Source of the DNA: Massalongia carnosa
Lineage: Eukaryota
Length of the DNA: 64,000 nt
Assembly (NCBI GenBank): GCA_965645245.1
Contig: OZ287077.1
Span: forward strand, 620,001-684,000
Direction: 5' to 3'
The notes under the pieces were generated by a model. The model saw only the letters and a list, made by a program, of their open reading frames with translations, had not been told where the DNA came from and did not search any database. This document shows, one piece after another, positions 50,105 to 62,378 of this stretch (positions are counted from its first letter, which is position 1; the number at the start of each line of letters is the position of its first letter). Made by a program: the position numbers and the translations under genes.

Positions 50105-50779
50105 ATGGAAGGCTTAGTCCTGGATTTGAGTCGTCTGGAGATGCTTCCCACCGAGCTCGTTCAAAAGATAAGCGGACACCTTGATTTTTCCGATAAGAGA
50201 CACTTTTCAGCTGCATCCCAGCAGCTCCACCATCTTATTATCCCGATCCAGCCCAGTACCCGGCGTGAGTGGTATATCTTCCTTCTCTGCACCGCTCGCG
50301 ATCACGCAGACCCTAATGTGCGCATCTGCGAAGATTTTCTGGAGCTCGTTTCCTGGACGCCCCAGATGGATTATATAGAGTTCTAAAATGGGCTCCGGTG
50401 GCCTGCGTCAACCTTCAAGGAGCTGGCGGCGGCAATGCGGCGGCGTTACGGCTTTTACGAAAACGCACATCGCTGCTGGCCACAAACGGACTTTGAATTA
50501 GGCAGCGCCTCCTGTTTGTAACTTCTCAATTGCTAGTTACAGCAGGTGTGTACAAAGTGGCCAGACCAGAGGCGGGAGCGCAATTTGGACGTCTTTGTCG
50601 GGTTGGTCATCTTCTCGTTTTTCGCGATGGTAGAAATGTGGTTTCACGTTGCAGTTTTTATTTTCTTCACTGCACGTCATTCTCTCCTCGTTTATCAAAT
50701 ATTGACGATATATGATGACCTCTTTAGAGAAGTGGTGGGGGCGATCAAATATGCCCAGTGGTGGTCTCTTGAAGGCTGA
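50105..50779 (+). pseudogene. F-box-like gene with three in-frame stops
   Basis: LEMLPTELVQKISGHL F-box-like motif; same frame continues to 50779 through TAA 50384, TAA 50519 and TAG 50534. Confidence 0.55.
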
Positions 50780-51360
50780 ATGGTGATGTGTTTAGGTTGG
50801 TAAGACTACGTAGTTTCTTGCAAGTGCCTCCGCAAAAACCAAATGTCTATTTTCAATGTGATATGTGCAACTACATCTCAGCTTCATTGTATTTAGCTTT
50901 GCCTGCTTGAAGTTAGGATAACAAGAGCAAGAGTCAATCAAAGACCTAACGAGACGACGAAAAAGTAAGAAATGTACCTTTCAGTCCACAAAAAACTCAT
51001 CCTCAGCATTAACTTAAACTCAAATACTTCAAGTATTTGTGACAAGTTGAAGACAAACAAGGAAAAGGAAATAGGAATGATGTATTTCTAAAGGCTTGTA
51101 ACAAATATTGTAAAGTGACCGAAATTCAATCACATAAAGATGGAAATACGAGGATTTCCTTCTCATTGTATCAACGCGTTCAAGAGAAACGAAAAAGCTA
51201 TATCTCTATCACATGACTCTAACAGAGACTTCCAAACAGGTCCGAATTGAACAGTACCAACAAGCGCCCCCAAATCCCAGGTATGATGCACCAAATAACC
51301 CAAAGACTATCACTTACTTCCAAACACCCCCTTTTCCCCCTTAAACCCAAAGGAAAACCC

Positions 51361-54300
51361 TTACTCATCATCACTATCGTCCGCCACCACGGCTCTTGCA
51401 CGCCTCCTCCCTCCCGCCGAAGCGCGCGGCGCATCTTCTTCCTCTTTATGTCCAGCCTCATCTTCATCATCTCTCCAGTCCCGTAGCGTCAGAGCAGAAG
51501 CTTTACTCCTTACCCGTTCCTGCGAAGAACTCTCTGCACCATCCGCCAAGCTGTCTTCTGCCTCCTTTTCCCGGGAGGGGAGGATTCTTGGTGATGACAA
51601 GGACGTATTCACGGATTCCTCGTCGCTGCTGATGGAGTCTGGCGGTCGCAGCAGCGGGGAGGAAGAATCATTGCTGCCCTCGCTCTCGACGTTATTGTCG
51701 GTGACAGAAGTCGCCAGCCCGATCCTCGCCCTTTTCCCGAGACCCCTGTCTCCACCAGCGCTTTTTCTTTTCTTAGCACCCTCTACCATAATACCGACCC
51801 TCCCGGCCCTAAGCGCCTCAAGAACTTTCTCTCCTTGCCCCATTCGGAGCGCCTCCTCTCGAGCGAAAAACTCGCGATCTAGTTCCTCGTTGCTCTCATC
51901 ATCGCTATCTCTCACAAGTAGCTGACTCTTCATCTTCCGCCTCTTCTCCCGATCGGCAAGCATTTTCGCGTTCCGTCTCGCTTCTCGCATCTCGTCACTT
52001 ATACCTTCAACCTCGTCCCCGGAAGCAATCTGCCTGCGTTTTCGTCGCTTTTTTTTCAGCTCTTGTAGCGCGGCAGGTTTCTTGTTTATTTCTGTTGGTC
52101 CACCGGCTCGGAATAGGAAATCATCTTCCTCGTCAGAGACGATGCCATCGTCTTGGGAGTCGTCATCGTAATCGGCGCGGGGGGGTTTGACTGTGGGTGC
52201 TCTGCGGAGCATTTCCTCTGCTGTCAAGGGGTCTTCATCGCCATACTCCATGATAGGGTTATTTCGGTGCTTCTCAATGATTTCGTGGGTCTCGTGTAGC
52301 TCCTTTGCTGAGAGTGTAGAGGGGATGATCCAGGTAGTGTCGGGCTCGTCATCAATTCCCAACCGTTCGAATCCGGCCAAGGTCATGAGGAGACGGAGTT
52401 TATTATCCCTGAATATAGCGATCCTTCGCTCTTCATTATCAGGGGTTACAGCTAGACCTTTGTCAGAGAAAGCAGCTATCACTAATGAATCGGCTTACTG
52501 ATTGGAGGAAATTTGGCAGATGCCTCTAGTTCTTCCGTGCTCGCTTGATTCGAACCATCCTGGAGCCTCCTTGCTGCTGCTCCAGCTTCCCAACTTTGTC
52601 GTTCGGACGCGGCTGACGATAGCACTTTCGCCACCCAGTCCACCGCATCAATCTTCCCATTATGCAAAACCGCTACTGCTACCCCTAACTTTTCGTCTCT
52701 AGGCATTGTACCTTTAACTTCTAAAGTCGCTGGCGCCCTAGGTCTTGAGGAAACCGTCTGCTTCTCGTACCCATACTCAAGATAGAAAACTGTTGAAGGG
52801 ATTTTACTGAAGAGTAACTCCACTGCAAGTTCAGGTCGTTGCTGAAGTTTCTTAATTAACCGTTTGAACAACTGCCTGACAAGTTCGTCCCACTCCTTAA
52901 ATATTTTGCCAGCAGGGTCGAGTCCTTCTGGTCCTTTAATCATTTTGTGAAATAGGGCGATTATGTCAAGACGAAAGAGTAGGACACTTAGCTCTTGTTT
53001 GAATGCAACACGGTAGAAGAAACGGTGTGCACGCTTTAGCTGTTCTGTATTGAGATCATTGTAATATTTCGTAAAGGAAACAAAAGTATCAATGCAAGCT
53101 TGTGTCATGAATTTCGAGGAAAAGCGGCCGAAGTCGAACTTTCGTTCTTTTGACACACGTTCCGCCTCCACTACGTCTTCCATTTCAGAATCATTTTCGT
53201 TTCCGTCATCTGGATTCCCTTCTTTTGCCGCAGCGGCTTTTCGCTTTACTCGAGCACGTCGTTTTGAACGCACCTGGAGGCCAACGTTTTCCCTCGAATA
53301 GCGTTCTAACATCCGAAGAAAAATATGTGAGAGCTCCGTACAGGAGTCTAGATAGCCGAAACCTTGATCCTTATAGCCTCGAAGAATTGTTATGATCCTA
53401 TCGTGGGTTGTCTCCTCGTAGAATATACGATTTTGTATGTTTTCCGCTATTTCCTGATCTTCTTCATCAGGGGACTCTGCCATTTCTTGAACGATCAAAA
53501 GAATTTGAGTAAAACATCGTGTACCCGCGTACACCTCTCGCCATGATTTCATGTCCAGTCGATCTTGCATAAACCGGTTCAGAGCGATAAAAGTCTCATG
53601 GTTCAAGACACTTGCGATTAACCCAAAGCTATCAGCTTCGAAAGTATCCATGGATTTTTTCGCTTTGTCTTCTTCCTTCTTCTTCTTTCGCCTTATTCTT
53701 TCCGCTTCGAGAAACCAGGAGATGAGGTAGAAGAACTGCTGTGTATGAACTTCAAGTACTCGATCGGCTTCGCGCTCAATCGCCTTTCTGACATGATCAA
53801 ACAATGGGTTGAAACTGGAATCAAGGAACTCCTCTACGAAAGCCCGTAGATTTCTGGTGGCGGACTCATTCAAACCCACTGGAAGATCGAAACGATCATA
53901 TCCTGGCTCGGCGTCTTTACTCCGTTGCTTGGGCCTGTCCCATTTTTTCGTTTGGTCCATCTTTGACATCGTGCGCTGATTACTCGACAAAACGTCTTGA
54001 CCCGATACTGTTGACATCCGAGCATCATCCCGTTTGACCCATATCATAGTTCCAAACCGATTATGCCTCGTGGGAGCATTTTTTGCATAATTCCTATGCA
54101 TTCCAGCCTCTGTTGCCAGCAAGGTGCGGAGCTCATCTATATTCTTTGTATCAAGCTGAACTTTGTCCATGAAGAGCTTCTCCACGTCCACACCTTTGAG
54201 AAGGTGGAAAAGTATCTCTAGTATTACTGTATCTTGCGTCTTGAAATCATCTCCCATGTTGGAAGAGATTGTAAGTAAGAGCGCCAGGACATCTTGACGA

Positions 54301-55048
54301 TGAAACGCTTCAATCGTAGCAGACCTCGAGACCTCACTCTCTTTACCTTCGGCGGACAAGTTTGGAGGAGGTGTGATCATAGCCACGTTTCTGAAGAAAT
54401 ATAATAAGAGTTTGATTATACCTTCATCACGTGTAGCTCTTTCTCCAATTGAGAGCGCCATGGATGGAAGACCAATCCGAACAGCATTTCGAAGAATTTT
54501 TTGAGAATCATGTTCAAGAATTGCCCGCTTGTATGATTTTTGGGCTAGTTGGAGGTATGGGACATGACGATGGTGGTTGACAGTCATTTGTAAATCGTTT
54601 TTCTCAATTGGCCATGTCAACGGAACAAGCAATTCCACTAGCACAATCAGAGAAATCCAATATAGAAAATGTATGATGAACGCACAGCAGGCTAAGGCAA
54701 TTTTCGATTTGATTCTACCCTCCGTCGTCTCCTCGGGCCAAATAGCCAAAATCTCCAGTAAATCCCCACTGACGAGATTCGCCTCGGCAAGGCATCTTGC
54801 AACATCGAATCGATTAGCCTTTTCATCGTGTAATTTTAACCATTTCTTGAGATCCTTCAAGCATGCCAGAGCATCGTCGCCCAAAATATATTGGCCGCCC
54901 TCATCTACGCCAGTTCCCCCCAGCTATTTCTGGAGTTAGTTACCATCAGTTGAGATTTTAGGTCATGGCGTACCGCGGAGACGAGACTATAAACATATGC
55001 GCGGACTTCTGGGTCGACAGTACCCTGAGGTACCTCTTCCAAATCCAT
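51361..55048 (-). CDS. TOF1: Topoisomerase 1-associated factor 1 (Timeless/Swi1 family), multi-exon
   Basis: Starts MDLEEVPQGTVDPEVRAYVYSLVSA; GDDALACLKDLKKWL, ELLVPLTWP, PTRHNRFG, FLDSSFNPLF, QNRIFYEE, LRLLMTL. Confidence 0.95.
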
Positions 55049-55114
55049 TGTCGTTGTAGCGCTATAAGACGATATGACTTTCAATCGGCTTGTGGTTAAA
55101 GTGCCTTGAGTTTT

Positions 55115-55143
55115 GACGCGATTCTTGCACGCGTCAGCGCGTT
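55115..55143. promoter_or_regulatory. Cluster of MCB-like elements upstream of TOF1
   Basis: ACGCGA 55116, ACGCGT 55129 and GCGCGT 55137, 70-95 bp upstream of the TOF1 ATG; TOF1 is an MBF-type G1/S gene in yeast. Confidence 0.55.
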
Positions 55144-55285
55144 AGCCGAGGTCCAAGGAGTGAGAATCTCCGGTCTTAACTCCGAAGTATAGAAAACTTA
55201 AGGTCAGTCACAAGCTGCTTTTATTTAATTTTACAACTGATCTTTCTTTGAGCATTTCTTCGACGCAGCTTACCGTTCTACCGTA

Positions 55286-56403
55286 ATGTCCTTGATATCA
55301 ACAGCTGTACGGCCGCTGAACAGAATGGCTGGTAATACATGTAGACGCTGTTTCAACACAAGCCCATCCGTCTCGGCAGCTGAAGTAAAAAAATTGGGAG
55401 TCGTTGGAGGCGGCCAAATGGTATGATCTATACCTATATCAATCTCCAACTTCAAAATTTCAGCATTGAAAGACTGATGCGCGAGACTTAGGGCCTAGGC
55501 ATAGCACTTGTAGCCGCTCAAAAAGCGCAAGTAGACGTGATTCTTGTAGACACCAGTCAATCCTCGATAGACAAAAGCCTAAAGTTCGCTGGTCTGGCCC
55601 CCCTTTCCCCTTTCTGCGCATTCTTTTGCTAAGAAATATCACTGAATCTCAAAATATTAGATCAACTTCTAGCGAAAGACGTGTCCAAAAATCGCTTAAC
55701 ACAAGCCGAAGCTACTGCTTCACGGGCACGGCTCTTAGCCTCTACAAATATGATGGACCTTTCAAACGCCGACTTTGTAATCGAAGCTGTACCCGAAATC
55801 CTCTCCCTCAAAGCCTCAATCTTTAAGCAAATAGCAGAAATCTGTCCCGAGCACACCATCCTAGCCACAAATACATCCTCAATCTCGATCACCAAGATCG
55901 CAGCCGCCACTAGCAAAGATAATCCCACGGACCTCTCCGCCCAGTCCCGCGTTATAGGCACGCATTTCATGAACCCTGTTCCCGTTCAAAAGGGCGTTGA
56001 ACTCATCAGCGGCTTGCAAACCTCGCAATCTACCGTCGACATTGCCCTCGCCTTTGTGCGGAAGATGGGTAAAATCCCCTCGCAGTCGACTGACTCGCCA
56101 GGATTTTTGACAAATCGAATATTGATGCCATATATCAATGAAGCAATCATATGTTTGGAAACCGGGGTGGGGACGAAGGAGGACATTGACAGTATCATGA
56201 AAAACGGTACCAACGTCCCCATGGGCCCTTTGCAGTTGGCGGATTTCATCGGCCTTGACACGTGTTTGGCGATCATGACAGTGTTGCATGAGGAGCTAGG
56301 AGATAGCAAGTATAGACCTGCCGTTTTGTTAAGGAAAATGCTAGATGCGGGGTGGTTGGGGAAAAAGAGCGGGAAAGGATTTTATGATTATCCTGAGCAA
56401 TAG
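55286..56403 (+). CDS. 3-hydroxybutyryl-CoA (3-hydroxyacyl-CoA) dehydrogenase, probably mitochondrial, 3 exons
   Basis: Presequence-like N-terminus, GVVGGGQMG, IEAVPE, ATNTSSISI, GTHFMNPVPV, PMGPLQLADFIGLD, GKKSGKGFY. Confidence 0.93.
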
Positions 56404-57290
56404 GTACTTGAGAAGGCAGTATAAAAATTGACCATGCACTTATTTTAACCTAAAATATATTGCTGTGTATGTGGACTGTATTAATGCACCGACCAGCTCA
56501 TCGGACTCGCCATCTAAGGTACCGCTGCAGAAACCTTAACAATCTCGTTCAGGACTAAGGAAAACTAGGTAAGAGAGCCATATTCACCCTAGGAGAAAGG
56601 GACCAGAACGGTTGGACAACAGAGGCCAGCGAAAATGGAAAATGTTTGCTCACCGCCGTGGTTTCATCTGTGTAGAGAGCTCTTCTCTCTAGCTCCGAGT
56701 TTATCCAACTTTAGCTTTTCAGCCTATAGGTAGCCCAATTAGGGATCAAACCTATCCTGACTGGTCTGTATGAAAGGAGCAAACGATGTCAACGAAAGTT
56801 GCTGGCATCTGCAAAGGAATTAATATGCTCTTCTCCAAAAACATCCTTGAGGATCCGCTACACTTAGATTTCTTATTGAGATTCCCATAGGGGTGAGTAT
56901 GTGAAGTAGAGTACGCGCGCAGAGCTCCCCTTGTTTTTTCCTCGAACGTGATGCATATGCACACAAAAAGAGCAATGTGCATATCTTAGCAAAGTAATCG
57001 GTTCCTTCGTCAGGTCCTTTAATTGAGTGCCTTTTTGAGTCAAAAATAAACTAAGGAATTTCACCGTAGCGAGCAGGATGACTGGCTAAGTATTATTTTT
57101 GGCTCACTCTTCTGGCATGTATTTTGCAACAAGGTGGCATAAATTACTTAAAGCAACTCGATCGCTCATTTCTTGTTGTGTCAGTAAGCTTAAATTTATA
57201 TGTTGTATAATAACAGCTTTAGCTTACAACTTGAATATTTCTGATTTGTTGACTTGGGAAACCTCATAGCTTCCATCCACCCAATTAATT

Positions 57291-58430
57291 ATGCCTAAGG
57301 ATCATCGTACCGTGATAAAAATCGCAAATGCCACCTTTGCAAAGATTGAGGGACGAAAGCTAAGCTTGGCCAAAAGGTATTTTCTTATCTAAAGGATGCA
57401 TTGCCTTTTGTGAACCCGCTACGAAGGACGCTGATGCTGCGACTTTCTCTAGTCAGCTTGCTTGGCCCGTGCAGAAGGTCGGCGATAGTTTCTGGGTCTC
57501 TGCGACATACTCGGATTATCTTGCCCTGTGTCGTTTTCAAGATCGCACTCACGCAAAAGGAGCCAAGATCACATTTGTTAGAACGAAACTCTCACTATCG
57601 AAGCCTTTTGGACCTGGGTACATAAAAGTTGAAATGCCTTCAGATTCTCATGAGACCTTGGTTTTTTGGGCTGTCGAGATTTTTGTGAAGCTCCGGACTC
57701 AGGCCTGGATGTACCGTGAAAAACAATTATCCATTAAATTCACAGGAAGCACCAGCAAGTTTTTCAGTTCGAGATCCATTTGACATTAAAATCTTATTCT
57801 CTACAGCATACAAGCTTAGGTTCAAAAACAAGCCCGAGATGAAAGTCTCACCGGACGCGTCAATCTCGGTCGAAGGCCAAAAACTCCCCTTTTTTATTCT
57901 TGAAGCCGCCGACTCGCAGACCAACAAATGTATGCTAAAAAAAAGCAAGACGTTATGTACAAGGAAGCAAAGGCCATCTCAGAATTCTTGCTATGCTCAA
58001 CCAATATAAAGTTATTCCAACTAAAGAATACCGCGTTTACCTAACCTGTTGGAGGATCGGAGCAATTCCAACCCCGACACCACAAAATCCCAGTGCTTAC
58101 CGCATGGCTGAGACTATAGTGCATGATAATGCTGAAGTGTATCCACAGAGACTAGACGGATTTCTACAGATCAAACTAAGGGATATACTCCCAGCCGGGG
58201 ACCTGGAGAGTGGGAGCAATGAGGGTGTTGACGTTGACCTCAACGAACTGTACAGCCTTGCTAAACTTGCGGTCGAACAAAAACTTATTGCTGACGAGGA
58301 GGAGCTTTCGAGTTCCCCCGATGCAGACCAGGATGTAGTTTCAACCCCATCGCCCATTGAAGAGGAATCTGATAGCGATTTGGAAGAGGGCGATAATGAG
58401 AGAGATCCCTCATACAAACCTGGGAGATAA
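57291..58430 (+). pseudogene. Frameshifted PD-(D/E)XK/Uma2-like restriction-endonuclease-fold gene
   Basis: Pieces in three frames: EMPSDSHE, KVSPDASISVEGQKLPFFILEAADSQT, EVYP, acidic tail; one shift lies at an A-run ~57937-57944. Confidence 0.5.
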
Positions 58431-59379
58431 AGCGTGGAAACACAACCGGGAAGAGAGCTTTGGTGACGGGTCTCTAACGGCTCTTCCAGCCTTAGGCTTC
58501 TTTGGGCTTAAAATCTAGTTGCTATTGGAGTTCATGGGTTTAGAAGTTTTCGTCTTTCACCCATACAGCTCCATAAAGTCAACCTTGTTAGAAGCTATTA
58601 AACACCCTACGGCCCCATTTACCTGATTATTCAGTCCGTAGGAAATTAAAGATAACTTGGGGAGCAGGGAGAATTGTTGTTTTAGTCAGCTTGCCATTTT
58701 TGGGCAGTTCAACACGCAAGAACTACATCTTTGGTCGGGTTGGGGAATATCAGGTAAATTGTGGAAATTTGATATCTCGAAGCGGGATTGAAGAGACACC
58801 TAAGAGGAAAAGTTCTTTCAGCCAAAAGCCGGGGCCAAGGGGAGGGGAGGAGGATGAAGGAGGAGTGGACTTTAAATGAATGATTCATATGGCTCATCAC
58901 CATCGGTTCCGCATATCATTCAAGTCACCTATTTTATGTAGCACATTGATTTCAATTCGCTAGGAGGGATTTGGGCGAATTTTTGAGGGAAGGTGAGCCG
59001 GATGGAGTGTGGCGTTTGTTAAGGAGGATTCACTTGAGGAATCAGGAGGCTCTAAGTTGTAGTTTAGTCAAGTCACGGTTTTGGGTCGTTAATGGCGTTG
59101 ACCTACACCTGACCTAATACAACTCCTGATGTGGCAACTTCATTATTTATTTTGTTGATGAGGTCTATTCAGCAGTTACTCGAAAATCCCAAGAACGTCG
59201 CTAGACAAACCACCGACTTTCGTCTTAATTCTCAGATCCCCACTATTACTGCAATCAGTTTCATCAGCTCTCATTCAACAATCGAAGCCGTCTATTTCCT
59301 TCATTCGTCTTCTAACCTTTTGTCCGGCTCATCTGACCTTAACTCAACCTTCACCTCCTTATCCCCAACCTCGATATAT

Positions 59380-59928
59380 CTACCCATAATGGCAATTACA
59401 AACGCAATTCCCATGCGACTTGGAATTGTCCGCCGAGCACTACTCCCTCCCATTCCATCACCCACCATTAATCAGCATTGCGTTCATACTCAACTAAAAC
59501 CATTCCTCTTTTTACCGCTTTTCCGTCTTATATTCCTAGATCTTATGTAAAGAGAACGCTTCGAGAAAAAAAAAAAACAAAACGAAAAGAAGAGAGGAAG
59601 GACATACGTAAGAAGCACCACAATTGATAGAGCTGCTGCCGCCGGCGCATTGGCGGATACAGAAGACTTTTTGGTCCTGTTTTTTTGGGAAGCGCACAAG
59701 GCGTTAGTAAGCGCTGTGGATTTGGAGAGGCCCAAGGGGGGGGGGGGGAGGGAATAGAGAAAAGACTGAACAGAAAAAAAGAAAAGGAGCCAAATAGGTA
59801 AAGTAAACTAAGGGCAGGGGAGCATGTAGAAACGCAAGCAAGCGTACGCCAGAATTTGAGCAGGCAATTCCCGCCACTGTGCTAGCAGAGAGGGCTAGTA
59901 GGAAGACTTTCGTGAGGATTTGATACAT
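59380..59928 (-). CDS. Small secreted 8-cysteine defensin-like peptide, 69 aa, 3 exons
   Basis: join(59928-59848, 59676-59608, 59439-59380). Donors GTACGC and GTATGT, branch sites TACTAAC and GCTGAT, acceptors CAG and TAG, all phase 0. Product MYQILTKVFLLALSASTVAG-IACSNSGDQKVFCIRQCAGGSSSINCGASYCSADNSKSHGNCVCNCHYG*. Confidence 0.8.
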
Positions 59929-60061
59929 GGTTGTTCGGTCTCTTTTTGACGTGAACTTCGACGCGGAACGGGAATAAAGGTTAGATTTATTCTAGATGCG
60001 AAGATAAAAGGGGAGGTTGAGGTTTAGTTTAGCTGATCAGGGTTGGTGAAGCTGAAGGAAG

Positions 60062-60099
60062 CAGGAGGAGGAGAAGAAGAAGAAGAAGAAGAAGAAGAG
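60062..60099. repeat. (GGA)n-(GAA)n purine microsatellite
   Basis: Visible run ~130-170 bp upstream of the peptide gene ATG. Confidence 0.7.
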
Positions 60100-62297
60100 A
60101 AATAGAATATTACGAAAGAGAGCAAAAAACTCTTTGAAGGGTGTTATATAGGTATAAATATAGGTATATAGCTTCAATTACCTCATCTAAGTTATCATAC
60201 AGCATTACCCCTCAACCTCTAAGACCCTACGGACTTTGGAGGTTACTCTGCATTTTTGGGGGTTTTGCGGGGTCGGTTAGTTAACTATGGTATTGGGGGC
60301 GAAGAATTGGGGTTTAGTAGACAAGGCTAAGTAAGTAGGTAGATGGGTAGGTAGGCTAGGAGATAGTTATGGGACGGATAGATGGTGCCTCTGTGCGGGG
60401 TTTTAGCGGGAGGTAGGTAATTATCTGGTGATGATCTTGTTGTGCGTTTGGAAGGTTTGGTTCTAGGGAGGATGGAGGGGTGCGGGGGTTTTTGGGCCAA
60501 GAGAGACGGGTTGGAGGGTGAGGGGGAGGAATTTGGAGAGGAGGGTTGTAACTGAATGTAGGAAGGGAAAGGGGGGGGGTGGATGGGTTGAAGAAGAAGA
60601 AGAAGCTAACGAGCATGGTTGTTAGGTAGGTAGGTGGACCAAGCGGTTGATTGAGAGAATGGGTAGTTCGTGGCAGATATTCTCATGTCCCGTTTTATTT
60701 CCGAAGCTGAGCTAAAGCAACGAAACTAGATGCCATTTCCCAGTTAAATATTGCAGATCTGTAGATATTGTCAGAAATTTTTCTTGCTGAATTGTTACGA
60801 AGAGAGAAAGAAACAAAAGGAAATGGTCCGCTTACATACATACATATTCGGGGTTCTCTCCGCCCTGATGGTGCTTGGGTAGGGAACCAGAACTGGAAAA
60901 GGCCCATCCATCCATCTCTAGTCTTTCTAGAATCCCGTGTACGTTAAAATTAGGAAATGGGATAGGTAGCGATATTTATTGGGTTGCTTCTGTAGGATTT
61001 TGGTTGAGAGGTTTGGTTTTTAGGGAGGTGGATGGATGAATGTATGAAGAGCATGGTATGTAAGTGAGTGAGTGAGTGAGTGGGTGATTCTGGTGTTGGA
61101 AGATAGAGGCAGTTTTGAGAGATCGTTGGGGTACCGAAACAAAATGCGATTCAGGAAATGTTCGAAGATGTTTTTACTCATTTGCTCTTTACTATTTGTG
61201 TGAAAACCCATTAGTTGAGACTTGGGTTTGGTTTGAGAAGGTATCGGGCTCCATTGCCTGCTTGTTTTCCTTTCCTGTGTGCCCCAAATTCCTTTATGTC
61301 CCACGCAGACTAATGAACTCTAGATCAGCAGCAAAACGGTTTATGTGCCCTCCGATTGAGAGATTATAGCCAAGAAAACACAATGTATGACTGGATGTTG
61401 ATTTTCGATCGTGAACAGCCACATCGCATAGATTTGCGGCGGTTCAAAGTGTTTTCTCGGACGAGTAAGAGCACTAAACGGATCGCAAAAGGCGAGACTT
61501 TGTGTCCACATAAACAACCAGGTTACAGTGAACTCTGGATAATACCCTTGTGCATTGATAGGTAGCTCAAACCTAACTCGAATCGATCTCTGAACTCGAG
61601 CAGTTAAGACTTGTGCTGAAAGTTAACCCAACTAAGTAATTGCGTTTCGCCATCATAGACTATGTAGCCGATCTTTGATATCCTGGCTATGCTCATTTAG
61701 CTTGCTAGAACCTTCATGAATAAATATGTCCGAGGTTTTTTTTTCATCATGTGCTATCGTTGAAACGTTAGATATGGCCTAACCAGACCGATAGAGGTAC
61801 TGGCAGCCAGTGCAGTTGTGCCTTTGTATCCCTGTCTGCATGCTGAGAACAATGTGCTTGGATAGTCTCCGTCGTCTCGATTTTTGGCAGTTGGGGGAGG
61901 GATATGACATGTTGTTCTCGTTAAGGAACTCATAGAACATAAAGGGTGTGTTGGATTGTTACACAAGCTTCGTTGACTAAGAAAGGAAAATGATAAAATG
62001 AGGTTTTCAATGTGGCCACATCCTGAAGACATTGCGAATTGAACTCGAATATTGGTGATGCTACCTTGCAGACTTTTAGTGTATAGAAGCCAACCGGACA
62101 TGATCAGCGTGCGTGCTGTTGTCGCTCTGACAAAACTAATCAGAAGAAAAAAAATCCCGAATCAAGTAAAAATCGAAACTAAAAACCAAATGATCAAATA
62201 TAATTGATTCCAACAGCAAAAAGAGTTCCAACCCAAGGTTGTACGTCTCTATCCTAGATATGGTGTTCAAGAAGAACCCGAAGAAAGTCAGCGAAGT

Positions 62298-62378
62298 ACT
62301 AACAGGGAATCGAACTCAACAGCTTTATGTCTACAACCGTAAACGAAGTGGCCGGTGTTACCACTTAACTATATGAGA
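62298..62378 (-). pseudogene. tRNA-like relic (Pol III A/B boxes)
   Basis: A-box-like TAGTTAAGTGGTA (62371-62359) and B-box-like GAGTTCGATTCCC (62317-62305); acceptor and anticodon stems do not pair. Confidence 0.35.
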
